61,242 bases of DNA from a virus (Duplodnaviria > Heunggongvirae > Uroviricota > Caudoviricetes): the IMG/VR virus record IMGVR_UViG_3300031994_005355, one strand, 5' to 3'. Below the pieces are notes generated by a model. The model saw only the letters and a program-made list of their open reading frames with translations. It had not been told where the DNA came from and searched no databases. A program made the position numbers and the translations under genes. Positions 10,627-19,563 of the stretch are shown piece by piece. Within the stretch, counting starts at the first letter, position 1. Every line of letters begins with the position of its first letter.

Positions 10627-12655
10627 ACCAAAAAATAAAAAGAAGCAACAAAAGAAACTTAATACTGTTAAGTTGTTCAATGAGCAGAGTGGTAAGCGTG
10701 AAGAGTTTGAGATTGAGGAAGACATTGATTCCATAGATATTAACAAACTTAAAGATATTGCCAAAGAACGTAAAAGTAAAGAGAAGTTTATACGATTACG
10801 TATGTGGGTATCACTACTTGTGTCAGCATTCAACAATGATAGAGGTATAATACCTAAAAATATTGGTAATAATGTTCTTATCACAAATAATCAATACACT
10901 ACTAAAAATCATTTATCACAGATGATTATAGTGCAAGAGATGTCTGAATATACTCCGCTAATGTGGATGTCAGATTTACTTTCAGAAGTGAAGGATACTG
11001 CACCTGATATATTAGTAGATATAACTGTTAAATGTATGCCGTACTATATTGATGTGAATGGTTCTGGTATGACGTCTAGATTGCGTACTTGGAATATGAC
11101 ACTCGACAATCCTATAATAGGAAAAGAAAGTGTACGTCGTGCATCACGTTGTTTATTCACATATGACATAGTGAAAGCAGGCGCAAAGCTGTATAAAGGT
11201 TATACCTATATAATTGTACGTGCTACTACTGGTACTAAATTAAGTAAAGGTGTAGAGCAAGTATGTGCGTATCTTGGTTCCATAGGTGCAGTCTATAAGA
11301 AAGTCAATAACAATATAGAAGAGCATATGCAATTCTCTTTACTTGTTAGTGATAAGCGTCCTGCTCATTTGAAAGACTTAAACCCGGTTATATATTCGAC
11401 AGAAACCTTGGCACAGTCATTACCTGGAATACAAGGAATGAATAATACTAAAGGTGTTTTATTTGGGTTTGATAGAATATCTAATTATCCATACTTCATA
11501 GATTTCAAAGCATCCGCTAATGCTAAGAATGTTATGATTGAAGCAAACTCTGGTTTCGGTAAGACCTATATGGCTGAGTCTTGGTTATATCCTTTTTATG
11601 CAGATGGATTTAATATTTGTGTAATGGATATTAAAGGTACAGAATTCGCAGCCTTTACAAAAGCATTACATGGTGTAACAATCTCTATGCGTAATGATAC
11701 ACCGTACTACATAAATACTTTTGTATGGGATTCAGAAGAAAAGTTTGGACGAGATGCAAAGACTTATGCGAATCATCAACTTAGATTATCAAAAGAGAAA
11801 ATGATGATTATGGCAGAACCAAAACCAGAAGAAGTTGCATCAACTGAGTCTTTACTAGATGAATTCTTATATTACACATATGAGCTTATTGGCTCACGTC
11901 CTGATAATGAGAATACTTGGACACGTACAAAAGGTTTAACACCTTACATAATATTTGAGTATTTTGAAAAATATATTTCACATGAAATACAGAATAAATA
12001 TCCAGATGTTGCGAAGAAAACATTGGAACGTTTACGTATTTATATGTCACGCACAGGTTCAAACTCTCATATATTCGGACGTCCATTTGCTTATCGTGAA
12101 GTATTAAATAACAGAGTACTTACATTTGACTTTGGTATACTTGAAGAGTCGACAGACCAAGATCCTGTACTATTCAAGTTACACGTATTAGACATGACTA
12201 TTGTAAATGATGCATTCGTATCACATAAAAAGAACCAAGGACAATGGACAGTAAAAGTACTGGAAGAGTCTCAGATAGTTGATGATTACTTGACTAAAAT
12301 ATATACACGTGAAATAACATTACGTCGTGCACAAAACCAGGTTACCATACTATTAGGTAACTCGATAGCCGCACTTTATAATAACCCACTTTCACGACCT
12401 ATACTAGACAACCTAAATATACTTGCAATGGGTGCTATAAATAAGGCATCACGTAAATTCCTCATTGAAGACTTTGGATTAAAAGATGACCAGAATATAC
12501 TATTACAAGATATACAAGTTAATGGTGATTTAAATCACACATTCTTACTTGTAAATCGTATGGAGTCAGATAGTACAACTGCATTGCTACAAGCAGCAGT
12601 TCCTGACGAAGTACGTAATAGTTCTCTATTTAGAGTTGTTGATACAGAGGAATAA
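10619..12655 (+). CDS. virB4: VirB4-family conjugation/T4SS ATPase
   Basis: Walker A NVMIEANSGFGKT, following VMDIKGTEF, C-terminal FDFG and Walker B-like VKVLEESQ, then RRAQN...LGNS; domain order is typical of VirB4/TraE. Confidence 0.85.
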   Translation: MLKPKNKKKQQKKLNTVKLFNEQSGKREEFEIEEDIDSIDINKLKDIAKERKSKEKFIRLRMWVSLLVSAFNNDRGIIPKNIGNNVLITNNQYTTKNHLSQMIIVQEMSEYTPLMWMSDLLSEVKDTAPDILVDITVKCMPYYIDVNGSGMTSRLRTWNMTLDNPIIGKESVRRASRCLFTYDIVKAGAKLYKGYTYIIVRATTGTKLSKGVEQVCAYLGSIGAVYKKVNNNIEEHMQFSLLVSDKRPAHLKDLNPVIYSTETLAQSLPGIQGMNNTKGVLFGFDRISNYPYFIDFKASANAKNVMIEANSGFGKTYMAESWLYPFYADGFNICVMDIKGTEFAAFTKALHGVTISMRNDTPYYINTFVWDSEEKFGRDAKTYANHQLRLSKEKMMIMAEPKPEEVASTESLLDEFLYYTYELIGSRPDNENTWTRTKGLTPYIIFEYFEKYISHEIQNKYPDVAKKTLERLRIYMSRTGSNSHIFGRPFAYREVLNNRVLTFDFGILEESTDQDPVLFKLHVLDMTIVNDAFVSHKKNQGQWTVKVLEESQIVDDYLTKIYTREITLRRAQNQVTILLGNSIAALYNNPLSRPILDNLNILAMGAINKASRKFLIEDFGLKDDQNILLQDIQVNGDLNHTFLLVNRMESDSTTALLQAAVPDEVRNSSLFRVVDTEE

Positions 12656-12663
12656 ATTAAAAT

Positions 12664-12695
12664 AGGGGCACACATGTGCCCTATGAAAGGATGTG
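12664..12695 (+). promoter_or_regulatory. Hairpin+RBS motif copy 1
   Basis: AGGGGCACA-CA-TGTGCCCT followed by ATGAAAGGATGTG; 9 nt after the virB4 stop. Confidence 0.6.
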
Positions 12696-12700
12696 ATTAT

Positions 12701-14023
12701 ATGATAGAATGTAAGGTTAATATAGAAAAAGATATATATCTTATGCATAAAGATATAAAAGTAATGCAGATTAATATTGATGAGAACAGATATACTATAT
12801 TGAATGAAAAATATATGCCATTTAATTTTCGAGATGCTTTTCTTGTACATGAAGTAAAAGATACGTATACTGAATATGATGCAATACAAATAGCAAGGTG
12901 TGTACGCAAAAATGCAGCACGGTTCACTAATTGGTTGTCACATCGTGTACTTCTTTTAACTCAAGCAAATGCAAAGCGCTTATATCAGGCTTATCGTTTA
13001 GTACAAAGAGATGATGAAGGGACAAAAGCAAAATTAGCATTGACATATCGTGCACTATCAATATTGGATAATTACTGGGTAAAAAACCTTGATGACAATG
13101 CATCATGGGAAGATGTAAATCTACGTAATAATTCTTTGAGTGAAGCTGTTACACAAATAGCATTACATGGTAGATCTCTTACACTTAATGGTATGCCAGA
13201 CCCTTATGCTTTTTCAACAAATGGTGCTTATGCAAAAGCATGGCATCGTGATGAAGATAAGTCACTATGGTTATATAAAGCTGGCTATAATAATTCTGAA
13301 GAACGAATTGAAGTAGAATGTTCGAACATACTAGATAGATGTAATGTAGCTCATTGTCATTACGAACTACGACAAGACGATGATTTAAGAGTATGTGCTT
13401 GTCCTTCAATGACTTCAGATGAAATCTCTATTGCGGATGGTGATGTATTTTCTTCTTATTGTAATATACACAATTTAAATGTAGATAAAGAACTTGTTAA
13501 TCTTGATCCTGATGGATATTACAAAATGTTTATAATTGATTACTTACTTGCAAATAGAGATAGGCATACACAAAATTGGGGTATTTACTATAAAAATGAT
13601 ACAATGGAGATTTTAGGATTACATCCTTTATTTGATCATAACAATGCATTTGAAATTGATGTAATGCAAAATGAAGATTTTGAAAGTCACTTTCTTAATC
13701 ATACATTAAAAGAGAATGCTATGTATGCTATGAAACAAGTAGATTTCCATTTTACGGAACCAATTACACGTGATTTATTCCTAACAGATAGACAATACAA
13801 AACATTTATGTCTAGAGCAGGACAGCTTGGTATAAGTGTACAAACTCTTACTAAAGATGATTTATATGTACAATATGGTGGTTTTCAAAAATATAAAGAC
13901 AGTGTTTTGAGTATACTACCACCATCACAACGCAATGCTGAAATCTCAAAAGATTATATAGTATCATTGAAATATGCTTTACAAGCTGTACAAGGAACAC
14001 ATAATTGTTATAGAATTGATTAA
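12701..14023 (+). CDS. HipA-like/CtkA-like Ser/Thr kinase
   Basis: GAYAKAW...LYKAG (Gly loop/Lys), ERIEVECS, IDYLLANRDRHTQNWG (catalytic loop) and PLFDHNNAF. Start moved from track 12674 to ATG 12701 after the SD. Confidence 0.85.
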   Translation: MIECKVNIEKDIYLMHKDIKVMQINIDENRYTILNEKYMPFNFRDAFLVHEVKDTYTEYDAIQIARCVRKNAARFTNWLSHRVLLLTQANAKRLYQAYRLVQRDDEGTKAKLALTYRALSILDNYWVKNLDDNASWEDVNLRNNSLSEAVTQIALHGRSLTLNGMPDPYAFSTNGAYAKAWHRDEDKSLWLYKAGYNNSEERIEVECSNILDRCNVAHCHYELRQDDDLRVCACPSMTSDEISIADGDVFSSYCNIHNLNVDKELVNLDPDGYYKMFIIDYLLANRDRHTQNWGIYYKNDTMEILGLHPLFDHNNAFEIDVMQNEDFESHFLNHTLKENAMYAMKQVDFHFTEPITRDLFLTDRQYKTFMSRAGQLGISVQTLTKDDLYVQYGGFQKYKDSVLSILPPSQRNAEISKDYIVSLKYALQAVQGTHNCYRID

Positions 14024-14067
14024 TGCGCATACGTATACGAACCATAATAGAAAAATAGGAGTAATTT

Positions 14068-14442
14068 ATGAGATATTTTGCAGGAGCGATATATTTTGGT
14101 GATTTAGAAGAATGGGGTATATCAGTATCAAAAGAAAGTGCTCAAACAATTGCTAATAATTTACCTAAAGTAACAGCATATTGGCGTACTATTCCAAAAC
14201 CTGAATCACAAGATTACACAGACTGTATCAATCATTACTTTAAATATGAAGCAACAGAATTATTACGAACACATGAACATGCTTTATATATGTGGTTTGA
14301 TGATAATAAAGCACAGTTTGCTTATCTTACTTATGGTAATGGTTATTTTCTTGGGTGTGAAGATATTACTGGTATGTCACCACGTGAATATATCAATAAA
14401 GTACAATTATTTATGAAAATAGATTTGGAGATGCCGCTATGA
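14068..14442 (+). CDS. Hypothetical protein
   Basis: 124-aa ORF with SD AGGAG; ATGA overlap with the next gene. Confidence 0.7.
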   Translation: MRYFAGAIYFGDLEEWGISVSKESAQTIANNLPKVTAYWRTIPKPESQDYTDCINHYFKYEATELLRTHEHALYMWFDDNKAQFAYLTYGNGYFLGCEDITGMSPREYINKVQLFMKIDLEMPL

Positions 14443-14963
14443 TTTGGTATAACATTATTCCACAATTACAACAATTACCAGACTACATACAAGTAATACA
14501 TATAGCACTAGATTTTCTATTGTATTTTATAGGGATGTTTATGTGGTACAAATATCTAGAGTTACCTAAATGGAAAAGTTTAGTACCAATGTACAATTTA
14601 TTTCCATTATGTAAAAAGATTGAACGTATAAATTTTGCATACATTATAAATGGTACTTGGCTTACTTATGTAGTAGGATTAGCTTGTTTTCGTTCATATG
14701 GATTGGACAAGCAATTATTTACACCATATGGATTCGGTGTATCTTCAACACAGAATATACAAGCAATGGGAATTTATATGATCTTATTTGTACTATTGTA
14801 TCTTAATTTTGTATTTGCAAAAGTACTATGGTTATTAATAGCACATAAATATAAATTATCCTATAAATATGCAATATTAGCAGTTCTCTCTGCTGGTTTA
14901 GCATTAATACTTATGCAAGTAAAATTGAAGAAAGAAGTCAGTACACAAAATTGCTATAGGTGA
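14439..14963 (+). CDS. DUF5684-like membrane protein
   Basis: Four hydrophobic helices and the WKSLVPMYN motif resembling the W-x-A/S-x-I/V-P-x-Y-N signature. Confidence 0.55.
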   Translation: MIWYNIIPQLQQLPDYIQVIHIALDFLLYFIGMFMWYKYLELPKWKSLVPMYNLFPLCKKIERINFAYIINGTWLTYVVGLACFRSYGLDKQLFTPYGFGVSSTQNIQAMGIYMILFVLLYLNFVFAKVLWLLIAHKYKLSYKYAILAVLSAGLALILMQVKLKKEVSTQNCYR

Positions 14964-14969
14964 AATATT

Positions 14970-15470
14970 ATGCGTTGTTTAACATTTCAATCGCCAGATG
15001 TACTGGCAACAATTCTCTCAGATAAAATCTATAAAGCTGACCCAACCTATGGACGTGAGAAAAATGATTACTCTTATGAACGTGCTCGTTTAAAAGGAGC
15101 TGAACCCATCTGGTTATTTGCAAATCCAGAAATTGAAACTGGAATTACGGACCAGGAGAAGTTAGCTGAATTTCTAATTTCATGTCATGATGCCATGTCC
15201 TTAGAATGGCACCATGGACTTGGTTCTATGTTCTGTCTGGAAGTTGAGGTTTATAAGTTCATACGAGGACAGACAGGTGCTACTAGTAAATATGAATGTA
15301 TCACAGAACAGCTTACTAAAGATCAACTGATTGCTACTTACACCTATTATCCTAAGTACAACTTAGTGCCTATTGATAAGTATCAAAATACAAAAACATT
15401 TCTTGAAAAATGTAATGGTGGTTTTGTACAATACCCATCAATCATTGGATATTACAATGTAAGACAATAG
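14970..15470 (+). CDS. DUF3841-like protein
   Basis: N-terminal LTFQS, PIWLF and LEVEV motifs recall DUF3841 proteins (from memory, not searched). Confidence 0.35.
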   Translation: MRCLTFQSPDVLATILSDKIYKADPTYGREKNDYSYERARLKGAEPIWLFANPEIETGITDQEKLAEFLISCHDAMSLEWHHGLGSMFCLEVEVYKFIRGQTGATSKYECITEQLTKDQLIATYTYYPKYNLVPIDKYQNTKTFLEKCNGGFVQYPSIIGYYNVRQ

Positions 15471-15477
15471 AATAAAT

Positions 15478-15519
15478 TAAGGAGTCTTGAAGACTCCTAT
15501 GAAAGAAGGTGATTAAATG
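15478..15519 (+). repeat. 42-bp direct repeat copy A (hairpin+RBS+ATG)
   Basis: TAAGGAGTCTTGAAGACTCCTATGAAAGAAGGTGATTAAATG; 40/42 identical to 16893-16934; contains the 8-bp stem AGGAGTCT/AGACTCCT. Confidence 0.9.
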
Positions 15520-16521
15520 CAGTTTATAGATTATGATTGGAAAGCTTATAGTAGATTAGATAAAAAACAGCGAAGTGAGCAGATAAGTCATCTTATACCA
15601 TGTGGATATGATTATGATTTATATGACTTAGAATTTACATTTGTGCCATTAAAAGAAATGCAGACTATAAGTCAAGAGATAGATGACCTTTACAATGATA
15701 TCAAAATAGTAGACAACACAGTACAATTGGAACATGAAGTTTATTTTACTTCAAAAATTGAAGGTGCTGATACAACTATTCAGCGTACACATGAGTTAAT
15801 CACACAAGAAGATAAACCTAAAAACTTTAGTGAGAATATGGTTATAGGCGCATATAATGCTACTAAGTTTCTTAATTTACATCCAGGAAAAATGTCTGTA
15901 GATTTAATTTTGGAAACTTGGAATATCCTAGTTGAAGATGCCTGTGCCAATTCAAGTATTCGTGGTGAACGATTTAGAACAGGTAATGTACAAGTAGGGA
16001 AGCATGTAGGTATGCATAAAGATTATATTGAAGGAGCTATTGAGAAGTTTGTAGACTATTACGAATCAATAGATCTAAATAACTATCCATACATTAAAGC
16101 TGCTATATTACATTATATCTTTGAATTTATACATCCATTTTGTGATGGTAATGGAAGGCTAGGTCGTTTACTAATGCTGAATTATCTTATAAATAATGAC
16201 AAAGAAAAGTTTAAGGCAATTGCCGTAAGTCCTGCTATAGATGCTGATAGACAAAGTTATGACTATAATTTCAATATATCTGAAAATGTATATAATGACA
16301 TAACTCCTTTCATTATTTATATGCTTACAGTATTTAGAGATTCTATGAAAGGATTGACTGAAACTAAAGATTATGAGTTTCTTGTGCAACAATTTTGCAG
16401 ACAAAATAAAATTTGTTATGGAATATCTAAAAGATTGTTTAAAAATGATGGTTACAATAATAACGACTTAGAACAATTCTATGAGTGGCTACTAGAAGGT
16501 AATGGATTTAAAATTGACTAA
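15517..16521 (+). CDS. Fic-domain protein (class II, intramolecular inhibitory helix)
   Basis: Canonical HPFCDGNGRLGR motif; N-terminal TSKIEG fits the (S/T)xxxE(G/N) inhibitory motif; FRTGNVQVG flap. Confidence 0.92.
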   Translation: MQFIDYDWKAYSRLDKKQRSEQISHLIPCGYDYDLYDLEFTFVPLKEMQTISQEIDDLYNDIKIVDNTVQLEHEVYFTSKIEGADTTIQRTHELITQEDKPKNFSENMVIGAYNATKFLNLHPGKMSVDLILETWNILVEDACANSSIRGERFRTGNVQVGKHVGMHKDYIEGAIEKFVDYYESIDLNNYPYIKAAILHYIFEFIHPFCDGNGRLGRLLMLNYLINNDKEKFKAIAVSPAIDADRQSYDYNFNISENVYNDITPFIIYMLTVFRDSMKGLTETKDYEFLVQQFCRQNKICYGISKRLFKNDGYNNNDLEQFYEWLLEGNGFKID

Positions 16522-16557
16522 AAGGTACACATTAAATATGTGAAAGAAGGTGATAGT

Positions 16558-16884
16558 ATGGCTGAGATAGGTTCATTAGAATGGATATTTGAAGAAATGG
16601 ATAAGTCAGAGTATAGAGACTATTCAGAGTATTTTAAGGTAAAAGACTACAAAAAGCATATGGAAGGTAATATTTATGTTCTTGATGAAGATATAAATAT
16701 TGACAAGTTTATGGATGAGAATAACTTCACTGGTGGTTGTTATTTTGACCAAGCATCAAGACTTGTGGTTGCTTATGTTTTAGAAAAAGATATCGAGGAA
16801 CTGCATAAAAAATACAGTGAGTCTAATTTAAGATGGCAGTATAAAATTTACTACCCTAACACTCCAGAAATTGTTACACTGTAG
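16558..16884 (+). CDS. Small acidic hypothetical protein
   Basis: SD GAAAGAAGGTGA immediately upstream; start moved from track 16540 to ATG 16558. Confidence 0.7.
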   Translation: MAEIGSLEWIFEEMDKSEYRDYSEYFKVKDYKKHMEGNIYVLDEDINIDKFMDENNFTGGCYFDQASRLVVAYVLEKDIEELHKKYSESNLRWQYKIYYPNTPEIVTL

Positions 16885-16892
16885 TATAAATC

Positions 16893-16934
16893 TAAGGAGT
16901 CTTAAAGACTCCTATGAAAGAAGGTGATTATATG
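16893..16934 (+). repeat. 42-bp direct repeat copy B (hairpin+RBS+ATG)
   Basis: TAAGGAGTCTTAAAGACTCCTATGAAAGAAGGTGATTATATG. Confidence 0.9.
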
Positions 16935-17474
16935 TTAAATTTATGGTTTACTAAACCAATAGAAAATGAATATATAGGTAAAAAAGATACTTGGTTTCCA
17001 TTAATCTTTCAGAAAGAATGGATGAATGATCAGATTATGATTGATGTGTGTGATATGGTTCGTCATCATAAGTATCTAGGTGATGGTGCTTGGCGTAATG
17101 AAAAAGGTTTTATATGTGGACCAGATAAATTACCTGGCACACTTAAGACATTGATAATGATGTGGAACATGCCTGATGAAATATTTCCTATTGTGTACGT
17201 CGGACCGATTGCAAATCATGCTTTAAAATTAATAACAGACCAAAAAGATATAGATATTTCACACGGAAGTATTTTTGCTTTTACGTGGGATCCGGAACAA
17301 ATGGTACGCCTAATGGAAGTAGATGGTCAACCTATTATAAATGTAAATGAAATGTATGAATATCTATATGATCTTGGAAGAGTTAAAGATATGTATACAG
17401 ACGTTATTTGGAACTTTACGAGAGGTGGTATGAAAGATTATGAGCAAACATATCTTAAACACACCATTCACTGA
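16932..17474 (+). CDS. DUF4869-family protein
   Basis: MLNLWF...WF..EWMND...GPDKLPGTLKTLIMM...VG matches the DUF4869 pattern (MLNIYF...LSGGVKTLIL...CG). Start at ATG 16932 inside the repeat. Confidence 0.7.
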   Translation: MLNLWFTKPIENEYIGKKDTWFPLIFQKEWMNDQIMIDVCDMVRHHKYLGDGAWRNEKGFICGPDKLPGTLKTLIMMWNMPDEIFPIVYVGPIANHALKLITDQKDIDISHGSIFAFTWDPEQMVRLMEVDGQPIINVNEMYEYLYDLGRVKDMYTDVIWNFTRGGMKDYEQTYLKHTIH

Positions 17475-17580
17475 CATTACATTTGAACCAGAATATAAAG
17501 TATCCTTATGGGTTGGAATTGGCGCAGATGGTAAAAGTGCATTTCAGAGATTAACTATAAAGAGTTTTATGAATGGTTAA
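17440..17580 (+). pseudogene. Truncated P-loop ATPase fragment (46 aa)
   Basis: SD AGAGGTGG; MSKHILNTPFTDITFEPEYKVSLWVGIGADGKSAFQRLTIKSFMNG* contains a strand plus Walker A-like GIGADGKS and stops shortly after. Not in the ORF track. Confidence 0.5.
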
Positions 17581-17602
17581 AAAATAGTAACGGTAATATC
17601 TA

Positions 17603-18709
17603 ATGTCATTAAAAACATTTTTATATATCTCTTGTGTGTTATCAGTTCTTATTTGTATCTTAACTGTGATACAATTTAAGAAAGCACATACAGAGTATAA
17701 AGTTAGTTACAAGAAAATTGAAATAGGTATTGAAAAGCCTAATGTGTACTATTCACCTGAAACATTAGCAGATGGCAGTAATAATCAGCAGTTAATAATA
17801 AACAATATTACTGATAGTACACAAAATAAACAACAATTACAAACAAATACTTTAACTACTCAAGAATATCAAAAAGTAGTAAATATGGTTGACATTAGTT
17901 ATCCAAATGCTAAATTGTATCAAATAGCAGATCAATATTATCAAGTCTATTATGATAATCAACGTGTGAGTCCGTTATTTCCCTTAGCACTTGCAAATGT
18001 TGAAACACCTGGACGTGCTGATAATAATATAACTTGGTCAGCATTATTTCCTTCAAAAGTAGTAGACTTTGATTTAATAGATAACTTTAATGTTACATAT
18101 GTTGCACAAGATCCCATAACATATAATGCTTTAATGCATGAATACTCTACACGTGATCGCGGTGCATTACAAATGTCACCCACTTATGGCACTAAGAATG
18201 AATCATATAATTCACAAATGACAGGAACAGAAGTTGAGAAACTTTCCGCAATAAATATAAATCCTAAAGCTGTAAGTTGGGCACAAGGAGCGTCCAGTTA
18301 TAGTGGTGATCGCTTTAATATAAAGGATGTATGTCTGCGTTTAGCAAGTGCTGACTATAATGCAGTACAAGACATACAAAAGCATAATGTTAATATAGAT
18401 TCTGAAATCGAATTAATAATTATGATGGCAATGTATCATCATCGTTCAGGTGTATGGCATGTTGATGGTGCAGGTGGTTGGAGAAGTTTTGATAAAGCAC
18501 TTGCATATGCTAAATATTTAGCATCACAAGATATGGTCACAAGTCTGAATGATATTTATAAAAGTTCTGAAGCATTGACATTAGATGGTAAAGTAGCACT
18601 TAAATTATGCCCAGAATGGAATAAATACACAACGTCATCATTAGAAGCAAGTTACCCAATTAAGGCTTTATATTCTTATATAGTTTTATTACATAAATAT
18701 GGAAAATAA
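17603..18709 (+). CDS. Membrane-anchored lysozyme-like/lytic transglycosylase-fold protein
   Basis: N-terminal TM; PLALANVET (catalytic Glu at helix end), RGALQM (GxxQ) and MAMYH motifs of the lysozyme/SLT superfamily. Confidence 0.55.
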   Translation: MSLKTFLYISCVLSVLICILTVIQFKKAHTEYKVSYKKIEIGIEKPNVYYSPETLADGSNNQQLIINNITDSTQNKQQLQTNTLTTQEYQKVVNMVDISYPNAKLYQIADQYYQVYYDNQRVSPLFPLALANVETPGRADNNITWSALFPSKVVDFDLIDNFNVTYVAQDPITYNALMHEYSTRDRGALQMSPTYGTKNESYNSQMTGTEVEKLSAININPKAVSWAQGASSYSGDRFNIKDVCLRLASADYNAVQDIQKHNVNIDSEIELIIMMAMYHHRSGVWHVDGAGGWRSFDKALAYAKYLASQDMVTSLNDIYKSSEALTLDGKVALKLCPEWNKYTTSSLEASYPIKALYSYIVLLHKYGK

Positions 18710-18742
18710 GGGTACTCATGTACCCTCATGAAAGGAAGTGAT
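18709..18742 (+). promoter_or_regulatory. Hairpin+RBS motif copy 4
   Basis: AGGGTAC-TCAT-GTACCCT followed by CATGAAAGGAAGTGAT, then TTG start at 18748. Confidence 0.6.
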
Positions 18743-18747
18743 GCATA

Positions 18748-19563
18748 TTGAAACATGCAACAGTTAAGTACACACTTGCAGTGTTAGGTTCAGTAGTATC
18801 AATCGGTACTGCATCTATGATAGCAAGTAATCAGTGGTCAAGAACTGATTACCTAGATTCGTCCAATCCGATTGCTATTACATTACCTAATACTATTGAT
18901 GTATTTACAAATATTTCTCCTGATGTAGAAGAGTTAAAAAATAAAGATGCTCCATTAGAAAAAGAGAAAGATAAAACAAGTAATGCACAACAACCAAATG
19001 TCGAGTTACCTGCACCTGTAAATCCTTCTGATAAATTAAGTTATATATGGTCAGAATTGACAAAAGTAATGTCTGATGAAGCCGCTGCTGGTGTTATGGG
19101 AAACTTACAAGCAGAACATGGTTTTAAAACAGATGATACCCCTAACGGTTTAGGTATGGTACAATGGACTGGTGGACGTAAAACACTTGCACAAACACTT
19201 GCACAACAGTTTGGAATGCTACTTAATTCAGTTGAATTTCAAGTAAAGTATATCTTAATGGAGTTAGGTGGCGATGCAGGTAATGGTGTAAGCAATCAAT
19301 ATAGAAGCGATGCAACTCATGTAGCTAATTATGCAAATGCTATTGGTGCAGCATCAAGGATTGCGGGTCGTACACTACCAACTTCTGTAATAATGGATGC
19401 TAATTCATTTAAATCATGCAATGATGTAGACTTAGCTGCAATGTCTTGGATGTGTTTATATGAACGTCCAAGTTCTTCGATAAAAGCAGATGGGACTCCT
19501 GTATGTCACGCAGATGTAAGAGCAAATGCTGCACAATCAATATATCAGACTTATCACAGATGA
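18748..19563 (+). CDS. Phage-tail-type lysozyme (Phage_lysozyme2-like) with N-terminal signal/anchor
   Basis: AAAGVMGNLQAE, GLGMVQWTGGRK, FQVKYILMEL, YERPS, RANAAQSIY motifs. Confidence 0.85.
   Translation: MKHATVKYTLAVLGSVVSIGTASMIASNQWSRTDYLDSSNPIAITLPNTIDVFTNISPDVEELKNKDAPLEKEKDKTSNAQQPNVELPAPVNPSDKLSYIWSELTKVMSDEAAAGVMGNLQAEHGFKTDDTPNGLGMVQWTGGRKTLAQTLAQQFGMLLNSVEFQVKYILMELGGDAGNGVSNQYRSDATHVANYANAIGAASRIAGRTLPTSVIMDANSFKSCNDVDLAAMSWMCLYERPSSSIKADGTPVCHADVRANAAQSIYQTYHR

Noticed and set aside
14023-14039. Two adjacent 8-bp palindromes ATGCGCAT and CGTATACG after the kinase gene
   Set aside because: Single occurrence, too short to distinguish from chance, and no second copy found by eye.
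17545-17604. Alternative-frame peptide EFYEWLKNSNG resembling the Fic C-terminus QFYEWLLEGNG
   Set aside because: Only a few residues match, there is no start or SD, and nucleotide identity is low; it may be coincidence.
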